Positions 56,677 through 64,000 of a stretch of 64,000 bases of DNA are shown piece after piece. The stretch spans positions 10,398 through 74,397 of the forward strand of contig DATIYC010000200.1 in the NCBI GenBank assembly GCA_035517955.1, in the 5' to 3' direction. This DNA comes from Candidatus Acidiferrales bacterium. GTDB lineage: Archaea > Thermoproteota > Bathyarchaeia > 40CM-2-53-6. The notes under the pieces are model-generated. The model saw only the letters and a list, made by a program, of their open reading frames with translations, had not been told where the DNA came from and did no database searches. A program made the position numbers and the translations under genes. The first letter of the stretch is position 1. Each line of letters begins with the position of its first letter.

Positions 56677-57186
56677 GTGAGCATGAAACGTTTTCTCTTC
56701 TTTCTAGCGTTGCTAGGTTTTGCGTTGCTTCCAACGGTGGCATATGCGCAATCTGTACCCGTATTGGGTTCCTTCACGTTCACGCTTTCCGGCTACACGG
56801 TTCAAGGGCAATTATCCAACGCAATCATCAACTCGCGCAGTAGCGTTAGCATGACGATGAACCTTGACGACGATCTGCAAACCTCGATAGGGTCGATACC
56901 AATAAGCGGAAACGGCCAGTGGTACGGAACGGTTAACGGAACGAATGTTTCAGGTTCAATTCAGAACGTGGCCGGCTCACTGCTAGCCTGCTACTACCTA
57001 TTCTTTTGCGGCACCGCAAACTACTCCGGCTACGGCACTTGGTCTGGGACACTTTCAGGCAATCAAGGCTCCGGGACCTTCCAAGGCTACATAACCTTCA
57101 CAAGTTCCTCAATCCCCGAAATCACCCTCAACCAACCCTACCCGATCTCCGGCAACTGGAACTCCGCGTTCCAATCAACCAACTAA
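56677..57186 (+). CDS. Small secreted Gly/Ser/Thr-rich protein
   Basis: 169 aa. Signal peptide 'FLFFLALLGFALLPTVAYA'. No family recognised. Confidence 0.5.
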   Translation: MSMKRFLFFLALLGFALLPTVAYAQSVPVLGSFTFTLSGYTVQGQLSNAIINSRSSVSMTMNLDDDLQTSIGSIPISGNGQWYGTVNGTNVSGSIQNVAGSLLACYYLFFCGTANYSGYGTWSGTLSGNQGSGTFQGYITFTSSSIPEITLNQPYPISGNWNSAFQSTN

Positions 57187-57557
57187 CGCGAGCCATCGAG
57201 AGTTCTCTTAGCGAGATTCGAAGAGAAAAGCTCTGCAAGAAATGATGCGAGGGAGCTCAACAGCTCCACTAAGATCCGTGACTAGTATCCGTGTGTCACC
57301 CGGTGACACCATTATCCTTGGTTGACTGCGCGGTCTAGGCTAGGCTGAGAAAATCAGGGTGTAAATCACTGTGATGTGCACCCTCGTCTTTCGGGATGAC
57401 ACTCAAGTGAGGTATACCTCTGAAGTCCAACGGTATACCTGCCCTGTGTTCAGGAATGTGGGTGAAAGGGAGGAGCCAACTAATCGAAGGAATGCGTCGT
57501 TTGAAAAAGGAGTTAAGAAAAGGATGGAAAAATGCGGGGGATCGATCTTAGACCGGG

Positions 57558-57803
57558 TTACTTTGCTACTGGTGTGGTTGCGATGTCTTTTCCGCATTTG
57601 TCACAGAAGGTCGCGTATCCTGGAATTTGCGATTTACAGTGTGGACATGCCTTGAGTCTAAGCCCCTTCGATCGGATGTACGCATGCATGCTCTTGGTGA
57701 GTTCGGTGTAACTGAGAAGTGCTCCCTTCGGTTGACCGGTCAGTAATGAGAGTGTGTCATCCGCGAAGATCGACTTCTGTGTAAGCATACTCTCTCTAGC
57801 CAT
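57558..57803 (-). CDS. Small protein: SWIB/MDM2-like half-domain fused to a zinc ribbon
   Basis: 81 aa. 'DDTLSLLTGQPKGALLSYTELTKSMHAYIRSKGLRL' follows the SWIB pattern 'L..l.G......sR.E..K.lW.YIK...Lq'. C-terminal 'CPHCK......CDKCG'. Confidence 0.45.
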   Translation of the reverse strand: MARESMLTQKSIFADDTLSLLTGQPKGALLSYTELTKSMHAYIRSKGLRLKACPHCKSQIPGYATFCDKCGKDIATTPVAK

Positions 57804-58244
57804 TCAATCACCTCCGAACATTCAAGCGACCCAAATCCGAGGCCAACATCCCGCTTTCGCGTTCTGACTTCGTTGATTTGAGAGAGAAGCGGAGCCAATT
57901 TCTCGGTTGGACACTACGGCGTGCCCACTTAGGGCGGAGATTAGAGTGAAATTTCACACGTTCAAGGGGTGATTAGGTGCTTACAGAGCCGTGTTTTGGC
58001 TTAAATCCCGACCAGTACGGCGCAGGCGAACCCTAGCATATAAGACGCAGGCGCTCAGAGAGAGGCCCAGAACTGTCGGTTTGACGGTTCGTAGCTTATA
58101 GTTGAGAAGCCTCAAAATCGAACGATTTCCGCTGATGATTCAAAACTACTTGAACCTTTGAGAAGCGGGCGAGTACCGCTGTGGTTCTCACCGCTTTGGA
58201 AAACTAGATTATGCATAAAGTAGCCTTCTCGAACGAGAGGGGCC

Positions 58245-58838
58245 TTGACGAAGGAAGAGGTATTGGATCTTCTGTTAGCTATCCGTTCGCTAATGACGGT
58301 TGGTCGCTTCAGCGTCTACAAATGCCATTTCAGGGAGGACGTTGCACAGCACTCGTACTTCACAGCTCTCTATGCTATGATCCTAGCCGACCTTGAGCGA
58401 GGGAGGGGCACTAAGGTCGATACTGAGCGGTTGATGAGGATGGCGCTTCTGCATGACGCTGAAGAGGCTCGAACGGGCGACATACACCACCCCTTCAAGC
58501 ATCAGGACGCGAAGTTCGCTGAAAGCCTAGACGCTAGAGGCTTCGCATGGTTCTCAGGCCTAATGAGCGGCCTACCCCAGAGCCTCGTAGAGGAGTACAT
58601 GCGGCTTCGAAAAGCCGAGAGAGAGGACTCAACAGAGGCGAGCATACTCAAAGCGTCAGACAAGATCGAGGCATTACTCTGGGCATACGAGGAGTACCTT
58701 CTAGGAAACGTACATGTACGCAAAGCGCTGATCGTTGAGGACATACTCTCTAAACTCGACCAGATCGAGCTTGAAACCGTCAAAACCCTAGTCACAGAGA
58801 TCAGAAGGAGACTCGAAACCAACCCACTAGCCAATTGA
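58245..58838 (+). CDS. HD-domain phosphohydrolase (YfbR-like 5'-nucleotidase family)
   Basis: 197 aa. 'AQHSY' and 'LLHDAEEARTGDI'. TTG start. Confidence 0.75.
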   Translation: MTKEEVLDLLLAIRSLMTVGRFSVYKCHFREDVAQHSYFTALYAMILADLERGRGTKVDTERLMRMALLHDAEEARTGDIHHPFKHQDAKFAESLDARGFAWFSGLMSGLPQSLVEEYMRLRKAEREDSTEASILKASDKIEALLWAYEEYLLGNVHVRKALIVEDILSKLDQIELETVKTLVTEIRRRLETNPLAN

Positions 58839-58853
58839 GACGGAGGGACAGGT

Positions 58854-59363
58854 TTGGTGAGACGTAAGCAGATTCTAGTGATCGGTTTCGGTAAGGATCA
58901 CTGCCCTGAGCTAGCGTATCGGGCGGCCTACCAGGTAGGCGTTGAGGTAGCGAAGCATGGTGCAGTTCTCCTTACGGGAGGCCTCGGAGGAGTGATGGAA
59001 GCTGCGAGCCATGGGGCTAAGGATTCTGGTGGTTTCGTTGTGGGTATAATTCCGCAAGACGACAAACGTACCGCAAACGAGTTCTGCGATGTTGTAATCG
59101 CAACAGGGTTGGGATATGCTAGGGATTTCGTCACAGCTCTGTCAGCTGACGCGGTGATAGTTGTGGGTGGTGGTGTGGGGACGATGATAGAGGCCGCCGC
59201 AGCTTACCAGATGTACATACCCATTGTTGCTGTGAAAGGTACGGGCGGATTTGCGGATCGGTACGCAGATACGTTCTTGGATGATCGTAAGGTGGAGAGG
59301 ATTCGGGGAGAGAGCACGCCCGAGAAAGCGGTTGACACAGCCATAGCCGCAGTAGCCACCTAG
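58854..59363 (+). CDS. TIGR00725/SLOG (LOG- and DprA-related) Rossmann protein
   Basis: 169 aa. 'LLTGGLGGVMEAA' and 'GGGVGTMIE' (LOG-type PGGxGTxxE). Confidence 0.75.
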   Translation: MVRRKQILVIGFGKDHCPELAYRAAYQVGVEVAKHGAVLLTGGLGGVMEAASHGAKDSGGFVVGIIPQDDKRTANEFCDVVIATGLGYARDFVTALSADAVIVVGGGVGTMIEAAAAYQMYIPIVAVKGTGGFADRYADTFLDDRKVERIRGESTPEKAVDTAIAAVAT

Positions 59364-59418
59364 CACCGGAATCTTATCCGACTCCCTGACCTGCGCCCAG
59401 CTAATCGCACCCGACCAC

Positions 59419-59495
59419 GGATTGGTAGACAACACGAGCAGGATTGGCGGACAAAATGAACCAAATTGGTGGTCAATAGGATCGGATTGGCGGTC
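59419..59495 (+). repeat. Four phased direct repeats, consensus GGATTGGYGGWC, period 21-22 bp
   Basis: GGATTGGTAGAC (59419), GGATTGGCGGAC (59441), AAATTGGTGGTC (59463), GGATTGGCGGTC (59484), each followed by an A-rich spacer. Confidence 0.7.
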
Positions 59496-59571
59496 AGTTT
59501 GACGCGACAACGCCAAAGGAAAAGGTTAGAATTAGCTCGGGCATGAGAATCCGGTATGGGCTGACGTAGTC

Positions 59572-59579
59572 TATTTTAG
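59572..59579 (+). promoter_or_regulatory. TATA-like box for the metallopeptidase gene
   Basis: TATTTTAG centred ~28 nt upstream of ATG 59604. Confidence 0.35.
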
Positions 59580-59603
59580 ACCGCGTAGGCGCTTTCACTC
59601 TCT

Positions 59604-59978
59604 ATGCAGTTTCGTTACGAGCGTGCGCCGGATGTTTCTGAACTCTTAGTGAGGATCATTGACAAGCTTGAGTTCACGCACGTGCCCAAAAACCGGGTGT
59701 ACTGCTACCGGAGTTATGGCTCAAAGGCCAGCAACACCATCGCTCGAGTCCATTCACTGCCACGAATCTGGCAGCAAGCCCTAAGCGAACCAGCATACTA
59801 CGCCGTCGAGGTCTTACACGAACAATACGATTCTCTACCGTACGACGAGAAGGAGAAAACCTTGATCCACGAACTACTTCACATACCGAGAAGCTTCGGG
59901 GGAGGGTTTAGGCACCACAAAGATTGGGTGACTCGACGGCGAGTTGAGGATCTACACCGAAAATATAGACAATCCTAG
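59604..59978 (+). CDS. Predicted zinc metallopeptidase (COG4900/SprT-like, HExxH)
   Basis: 124 aa. 'LIHELLHIP' near the C-terminus, and small size typical of the archaeal COG4900 family. Confidence 0.55.
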   Translation: MQFRYERAPDVSELLVRIIDKLEFTHVPKNRVYCYRSYGSKASNTIARVHSLPRIWQQALSEPAYYAVEVLHEQYDSLPYDEKEKTLIHELLHIPRSFGGGFRHHKDWVTRRRVEDLHRKYRQS

Positions 59979-61930
59979 CGATCTTGGTTTCCTTTCGGCT
60001 TTCTTCTGTGAATACTGATCATTGCTGCGACTGTTAGAAGTAGAACTCCGAGTACTGTTTGGGTTTGGTTAAGGTCTGGGATCGGAGTCATACTCGGTAC
60101 CGAAATGACGATTCCTTGACTTCCTGGGCCTGAAGGAGCGCCGACTGCAAAGCCGAAGCCACCTGGAAGGATGTAGATTGAGTTGAGGTTGGGGTTGCTC
60201 GAGAGTGGAGGGCTTGGGAAGTACTGGTACCAGCCTATCCCGTTCCATTGAAGAATCGTAGCCGAATCACCAACCGCCCAAGCAGACTGCGCATTGGTTT
60301 GGTATACTGAATTCAAATTCGCTGAAACCGAATCGGCAACAGTGAGCCAGATGGTACCACCGAAATTCAAGATTACTCCACCAGCGCCTACAGCCCAGCC
60401 ATGCGTTGAATCCAGAAAGTTGACGTCATTCAATTTCGCAGAAGTAGGAGACGCATAATTTTGCCAAACCCCTGACTCATATCGCAGTATGGTACCCGAA
60501 TCTCCGACAGCCCAACCGTCCGAAGAATCGAGCATGAAGACACTGCGTAACGTGTTGGATGTTGGAGAGGTGACTTGTCCCCATGTTCCGCCAGTGTACT
60601 TGAGTATAACTCCGCCATCACCCACAGCCCAGCCATCATTAGAATCCGTCATGAAGACAGACCGTAACAAACCAGTAATTGGTGGTGCATTCACCTGAGT
60701 CCAAGTCCCACCAGTATACTGCAAGATTACAGGCGTCGCCCCAATGCCACCCACAGCCCATCCCTCAGAACTACTAACCATAAAGACCGAGAGCAGGTCA
60801 GATGTGATCGCTGATGCTGTTCCACGTGTAAAGCCGTTCCCTGTCCAGTGAACCAGAACAGGTTCCCCTGTTCCGGACCCGCATCCGCCTGTTGAGCAAC
60901 CCACAATCCAACCATCACTCGAGTCTGAAAGGTATACAGACTCGAACGTGCCGGATGGCAATCCGGAGAGCGTCTGCCCGTTTATTGAGAGAATCGTTCC
61001 AGCATTACCGACCGCCCATCCAACCGTTCCTGCAAAGTAGACGGAGTTCAAATCCTGGTTAGTTCCGAGTTGGTTTTGGATGAGTGTCCACTGGCCGCCA
61101 GTATAGTGCAGAATTGTGCCAGAGGCTCCAACCGCCCACCCCTCCGACTGACTGATCATGAACACTGAATTGAGGTCCTGCGTTCCGGATCCCGGCGAGA
61201 CTGGCCCAGTCCATACGCCGGAGGTGTAATGGTAGATTGCTCCGCCAACACCCACGGCCCAGCCCTCGTCTTGGTCGATCATGTAAACCGAATTGAGTGT
61301 TTGGGATGCGGTCGTATAGAGTGTCCATCCGCCCCCAGAATACCTGTAGATGATGCCGCCATCTCCTACGGCCCACCCATCCGTGGGGCTCGTCATGAAT
61401 ACTGAATTCAAACCAGCTGGGGCTGATGAGACCTCAATCCATCCGCCACCCAAACCAGCCGAACCAGACCAATGCCAGAAAGCACCAGAAACAGAATCAA
61501 CCGCCCAGGCATCGGTGGCACTGAGAGCGAACACTGATGAGAGCTTTACTGCCCCAGCGCCGGACAACCCGGTTGAAATTGGAAACCAAGAGGTTCCGCT
61601 CCAGTAAAGAGCGGTTGCAACACCCCCGCTCCCTCCGACTGCAAAACCCGCATTCGGGCTTAGACTCCCGGGAGGTCCAAATGATAACCCAAAGAGGTCT
61701 GTCGTAGTACCAGAGGCTATAAGGCTCCAAGAGGAGCCGTCGAAATGCTGGATCGTTCCCTCATTTCCAACCGCCCAACCATTACTAGTGTCCAGCATCA
61801 CCACGCCGTTCAGATTGTCAGATGTCGACGCAGACGGTGACAGGGCATTTACAGGAACTCTGGCAGCGATCAGAAAACTTACGCTCAAAAGAGCCAAGAG
61901 AAGGTGGGTAGAGCGCATTTGTTCAGCCAT
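59975..61930 (-). CDS. Secreted, C-terminally anchored tandem beta-propeller repeat protein (Ycf48/BNR-like blades)
   Basis: 651 aa. Signal peptide, about 14 repeats of ~42 aa with core 'LNSVFM.....GWAVG..GTIL.Y.GG.W', and a C-terminal TM with a basic tail. Confidence 0.75.
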   Translation of the reverse strand: MAEQMRSTHLLLALLSVSFLIAARVPVNALSPSASTSDNLNGVVMLDTSNGWAVGNEGTIQHFDGSSWSLIASGTTTDLFGLSFGPPGSLSPNAGFAVGGSGGVATALYWSGTSWFPISTGLSGAGAVKLSSVFALSATDAWAVDSVSGAFWHWSGSAGLGGGWIEVSSAPAGLNSVFMTSPTDGWAVGDGGIIYRYSGGGWTLYTTASQTLNSVYMIDQDEGWAVGVGGAIYHYTSGVWTGPVSPGSGTQDLNSVFMISQSEGWAVGASGTILHYTGGQWTLIQNQLGTNQDLNSVYFAGTVGWAVGNAGTILSINGQTLSGLPSGTFESVYLSDSSDGWIVGCSTGGCGSGTGEPVLVHWTGNGFTRGTASAITSDLLSVFMVSSSEGWAVGGIGATPVILQYTGGTWTQVNAPPITGLLRSVFMTDSNDGWAVGDGGVILKYTGGTWGQVTSPTSNTLRSVFMLDSSDGWAVGDSGTILRYESGVWQNYASPTSAKLNDVNFLDSTHGWAVGAGGVILNFGGTIWLTVADSVSANLNSVYQTNAQSAWAVGDSATILQWNGIGWYQYFPSPPLSSNPNLNSIYILPGGFGFAVGAPSGPGSQGIVISVPSMTPIPDLNQTQTVLGVLLLTVAAMISIHRRKPKGNQDR

Positions 61931-62500
61931 CCCGTCGCCATGTGTTCTTGTTTTCCTTCTTAGTGGCTTCTATAATCCGCTAAGCTTCCCCTCATGAGCA
62001 TGGCAATCCATACTCTAGGGATTCCATCGTTTTTCCATGAGATTTGCTTGAGCTGGAAGGATAAGGACTGGTTACAAAGTGGAAATGAACGAATCATCCT
62101 CAAAACCTTATTTGCGCTTTAACGTTCGCCGGAGTAAACTTGGAAAAAATCGAGGAGCAAGGTAACTTTGAGTTTTCGGGAATTCTTCGATAATCTCGCA
62201 AGTTTGTTAGCGGACAATGCGAAGTCGTTCTACCCACTTCCCGACTCGGTTGAGATGGCGCTGAGTCTATGCTTGGTAATCTATTTCGCCTCAAGATTTG
62301 TTCAACAGGCATGATCGAGTTTTGCGTTAGCTCGCTGTGAGTTAACTCAAGATCGGAACAAGCGCTGTGTCCACTGCACGCGCTCACGCCTCAGTGTAAC
62401 CGCTACTGTTGCAGACATATGCCCAAATTCAGTTCTGTGTCGCTATTTCTTTAGGTGGATTTAGAAGCAATATTCATGGAATTTATGAGGCAATCGTAAC

Positions 62501-64000
62501 GTGATTCCATTAGCTCAAGCCTGGTTCTTGTCTAGTTCTATCTGTGTTATAGTCGGGGTGCTAATGTACGGACGCAATCCTTCGCATATAATGCATAAAA
62601 TGTTACTGATCTTAAGCGCGCTTCTGTTCTACTATGGGTTCACCCAGTTCCAATATTACTTGGCAAGCGATGTTCAAAGTGCGCTGTTCTGGATGCGAGT
62701 CAGTTGCTTTTGGTACCTATTGGTCGCATTCGACGTGACCTTCGCTCTGGTCTACGCTAACCTGTTTACGAAATCGCGACGTGTTCCGCTCAGTATCCTG
62801 CTCTACGCGCCTGCAATTATCCTATCTCTTTACGAAGGATTCGCAGTTCCGTATCAGCCCAGCTTAGAGCCTTGGGGTTGGGATTACAATTACACGGGAG
62901 TTTTCAGCTACATCTCGCTAAGTTGGGTCGTGATTGCAGCGGCCGCGTTTCTAACTATCCTTGGAACGAAATATTGGCGCGCTAAAGGGATCGAGGAGCG
63001 AACAGGCGCAAAATACCTCTTTTTCGGCGCCCTAATACCGGTTATTATGGGGGTGACAGCCTCAATCATTCCAACTTCTTTCATTCAACTTCCAGACCTC
63101 ACCGTCCCAGGAGCAGCCCTAGGCTTCCTTCTCTTCGGATACGGCGTATTCAAGCATGGAAGCTACATGTTGACTGCAAACGTAACCGCAGAAGATGTTG
63201 TCTACACAATGGCGGATGCCTTGATGCTTGTTAATTCGAACTCTGAAATTGTCCAAGCAAACAAAGCAGCATGTGATTTACTTGAATACACGCACGCGGA
63301 ACTCATTGGAAAACGTATCGATACCTTCACTCCCGATTCTACATTAGTTGACGCACTCAAGAGGAGTAACGCTAGTGCTATTGAAACGAACTTCAAGAAG
63401 AAGAGCGGGCAAAATATCCCCGTTTTTGTTTCAGAATCAGTAATCATGACTAAACCCGGTAACAGAATCGGATATGCATTGATCTCGCGGGACATTACGG
63501 ATCGCAAACGCTTAGAAAAACAACTAACGGATGCCCAAAGGATGGCTGCTATCGGAGAAGCAGCTGCCTTGGTTGGACACGACCTTCGCAACCCGCTGCA
63601 AGCTACGACGAGCACACTCTACTTAGCCAAGAAAATGCTTACAAATGGTAATTGTGACGAAGCCGAGGAAGCTGTGAGATTACTCGATGGGTTGAACGAT
63701 CAAGTCCGCTACATGGACAAGATCGTTTCTGACCTTCAAGATTATGCTCGACCAATCGCTGACGAGTTTACGGAAACCAATCTTCCCGAATTAATCGGCG
63801 AAGCAATTTTGAATGTAAACGTTCCACCGACTGTTGAGATCAATATCAATCAGGATAGTTTCCCGACTACGAAGGTAAACCCAACGCTGCTGAAACGGGT
63901 GTTGGTAAATCTCATTTTGAACGCGGTTCAAGCCATGCCGAACGGTGGCAAACTAACAATCGCCATCAATCGGACAGAGCAGTTTATCGCAATAGCAGTT
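62501..64000 (+). CDS. Sensor histidine kinase (multi-TM N-domain, PAS, HisKA, HATPase), 3' end outside the window
   Basis: Own translation, frame open from 62489 to the window edge. GTG 62501 or ATG 62564 start; about 6-7 TM helices. PAS region 'ADALMLVNSNSEIVQANKAACDLLEYTHAELIGKRI'; H-box 'VGHDLRNPL'; N-box 'LILNAVQAMPNGG'. Absent from the ORF track because no stop codon lies within the window. Confidence 0.85.
   Translation, partial: MIPLAQAWFLSSSICVIVGVLMYGRNPSHIMHKMLLILSALLFYYGFTQFQYYLASDVQSALFWMRVSCFWYLLVAFDVTFALVYANLFTKSRRVPLSILLYAPAIILSLYEGFAVPYQPSLEPWGWDYNYTGVFSYISLSWVVIAAAAFLTILGTKYWRAKGIEERTGAKYLFFGALIPVIMGVTASIIPTSFIQLPDLTVPGAALGFLLFGYGVFKHGSYMLTANVTAEDVVYTMADALMLVNSNSEIVQANKAACDLLEYTHAELIGKRIDTFTPDSTLVDALKRSNASAIETNFKKKSGQNIPVFVSESVIMTKPGNRIGYALISRDITDRKRLEKQLTDAQRMAAIGEAAALVGHDLRNPLQATTSTLYLAKKMLTNGNCDEAEEAVRLLDGLNDQVRYMDKIVSDLQDYARPIADEFTETNLPELIGEAILNVNVPPTVEININQDSFPTTKVNPTLLKRVLVNLILNAVQAMPNGGKLTIAINRTEQFIAIAV

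Noticed and set aside
57371-57655. 94-aa plus-strand ORF in the palindrome-rich spacer
   Set aside because: It runs ~100 nt antisense into the SWIB-like gene, is Arg/Cys-rich and has no motif.
58128-58200. C/D-box sRNA candidate (GCTGATGA at 58132-58139; also GTGATGA at 44698-44704)
   Set aside because: No CTGA D or D' box lies at the required distance and there is no terminal stem.
59419-59495. Phased repeat array as a replication origin (ORB boxes) or a mini-CRISPR
   Set aside because: There is no adjacent orc1/cdc6 and no AT-rich unwinding element, and the repeat does not resemble the ORB/mini-ORB core. The 12-nt repeats with ~10-nt spacers are far too short for CRISPR.
59142-59516. 124-aa minus-strand ORF covering the repeat array
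   Set aside because: It is antisense to the 3' end of the SLOG gene, and its sequence is dictated by the direct repeats. No motif was found.
62100-62387. 95-aa minus-strand ORF, and a 48-aa plus-strand ORF (TTG 62168..62314, '..REFFDNLASLLADNAKSFYPLPDSVEMALSL..')
   Set aside because: The minus-strand ORF is low-complexity. The small plus-strand ORF looks mildly protein-like but has no motif, promoter element or context support.

Overview
Archaeal chromosomal window, about 50% GC by eye and roughly 90% coding. Several genes share 4-nt start/stop overlaps. AT-rich TATA-like boxes sit ~27 nt upstream of several ATGs, which suggests leaderless mRNAs. Positions 1-52 kb are core genome. They hold replication genes (GINS, PriS, PriL, PCNA), transcription genes (TFS, RpoL, RpoF) and translation/ribosome genes (aIF2-alpha, Nop10, S27e, L44e, L10e, L21e, aIF5A, deoxyhypusine synthase, Dph2, Nob1, KsgA and other RNA methyltransferases). 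They also hold SRP54, exosome Csl4, DNA repair genes (Dpo4-like polymerase, Ogg, two AlkA-like glycosylases), glycine cleavage H/T, AglB, pyruvate kinase, ApgM and a split glutamate-synthase-like cluster next to an Lrp regulator. Positions 52-64 kb look more accessory: signal-peptide/C-terminally anchored proteins, a large beta-propeller repeat protein, a DprA-like remnant, an HD/SLOG/metallopeptidase trio and a partial PAS histidine kinase. I recognised no rRNA, tRNA, CRISPR array, transposase or integrase. The most notable observations are these. (1) Three genes (aIF5A, Nob1, a SWIM-domain protein) have N-terminal regions (family-typical for aIF5A and Nob1) with no ATG/GTG/TTG, and appear to start at CTG behind purine-rich SD-like tracts. 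(2) A eukaryote-type OSTC/DC2-like membrane protein lies 2 kb from AglB. (3) The glutamate-synthase-like operon has an extra degenerate subunit and a GATase-GXGXG fusion. (4) Several unexplained non-coding stretches occur, including a 500-bp stop-rich convergent spacer and a 4 x 22-bp phased direct-repeat array. (5) Two small genes are missed by the ORF track: Nop10 and a 43-aa very basic ORF. I could not demonstrate a clear-cut novel multi-gene system from sequence alone. All family assignments are motif recognition by eye, not database searches.
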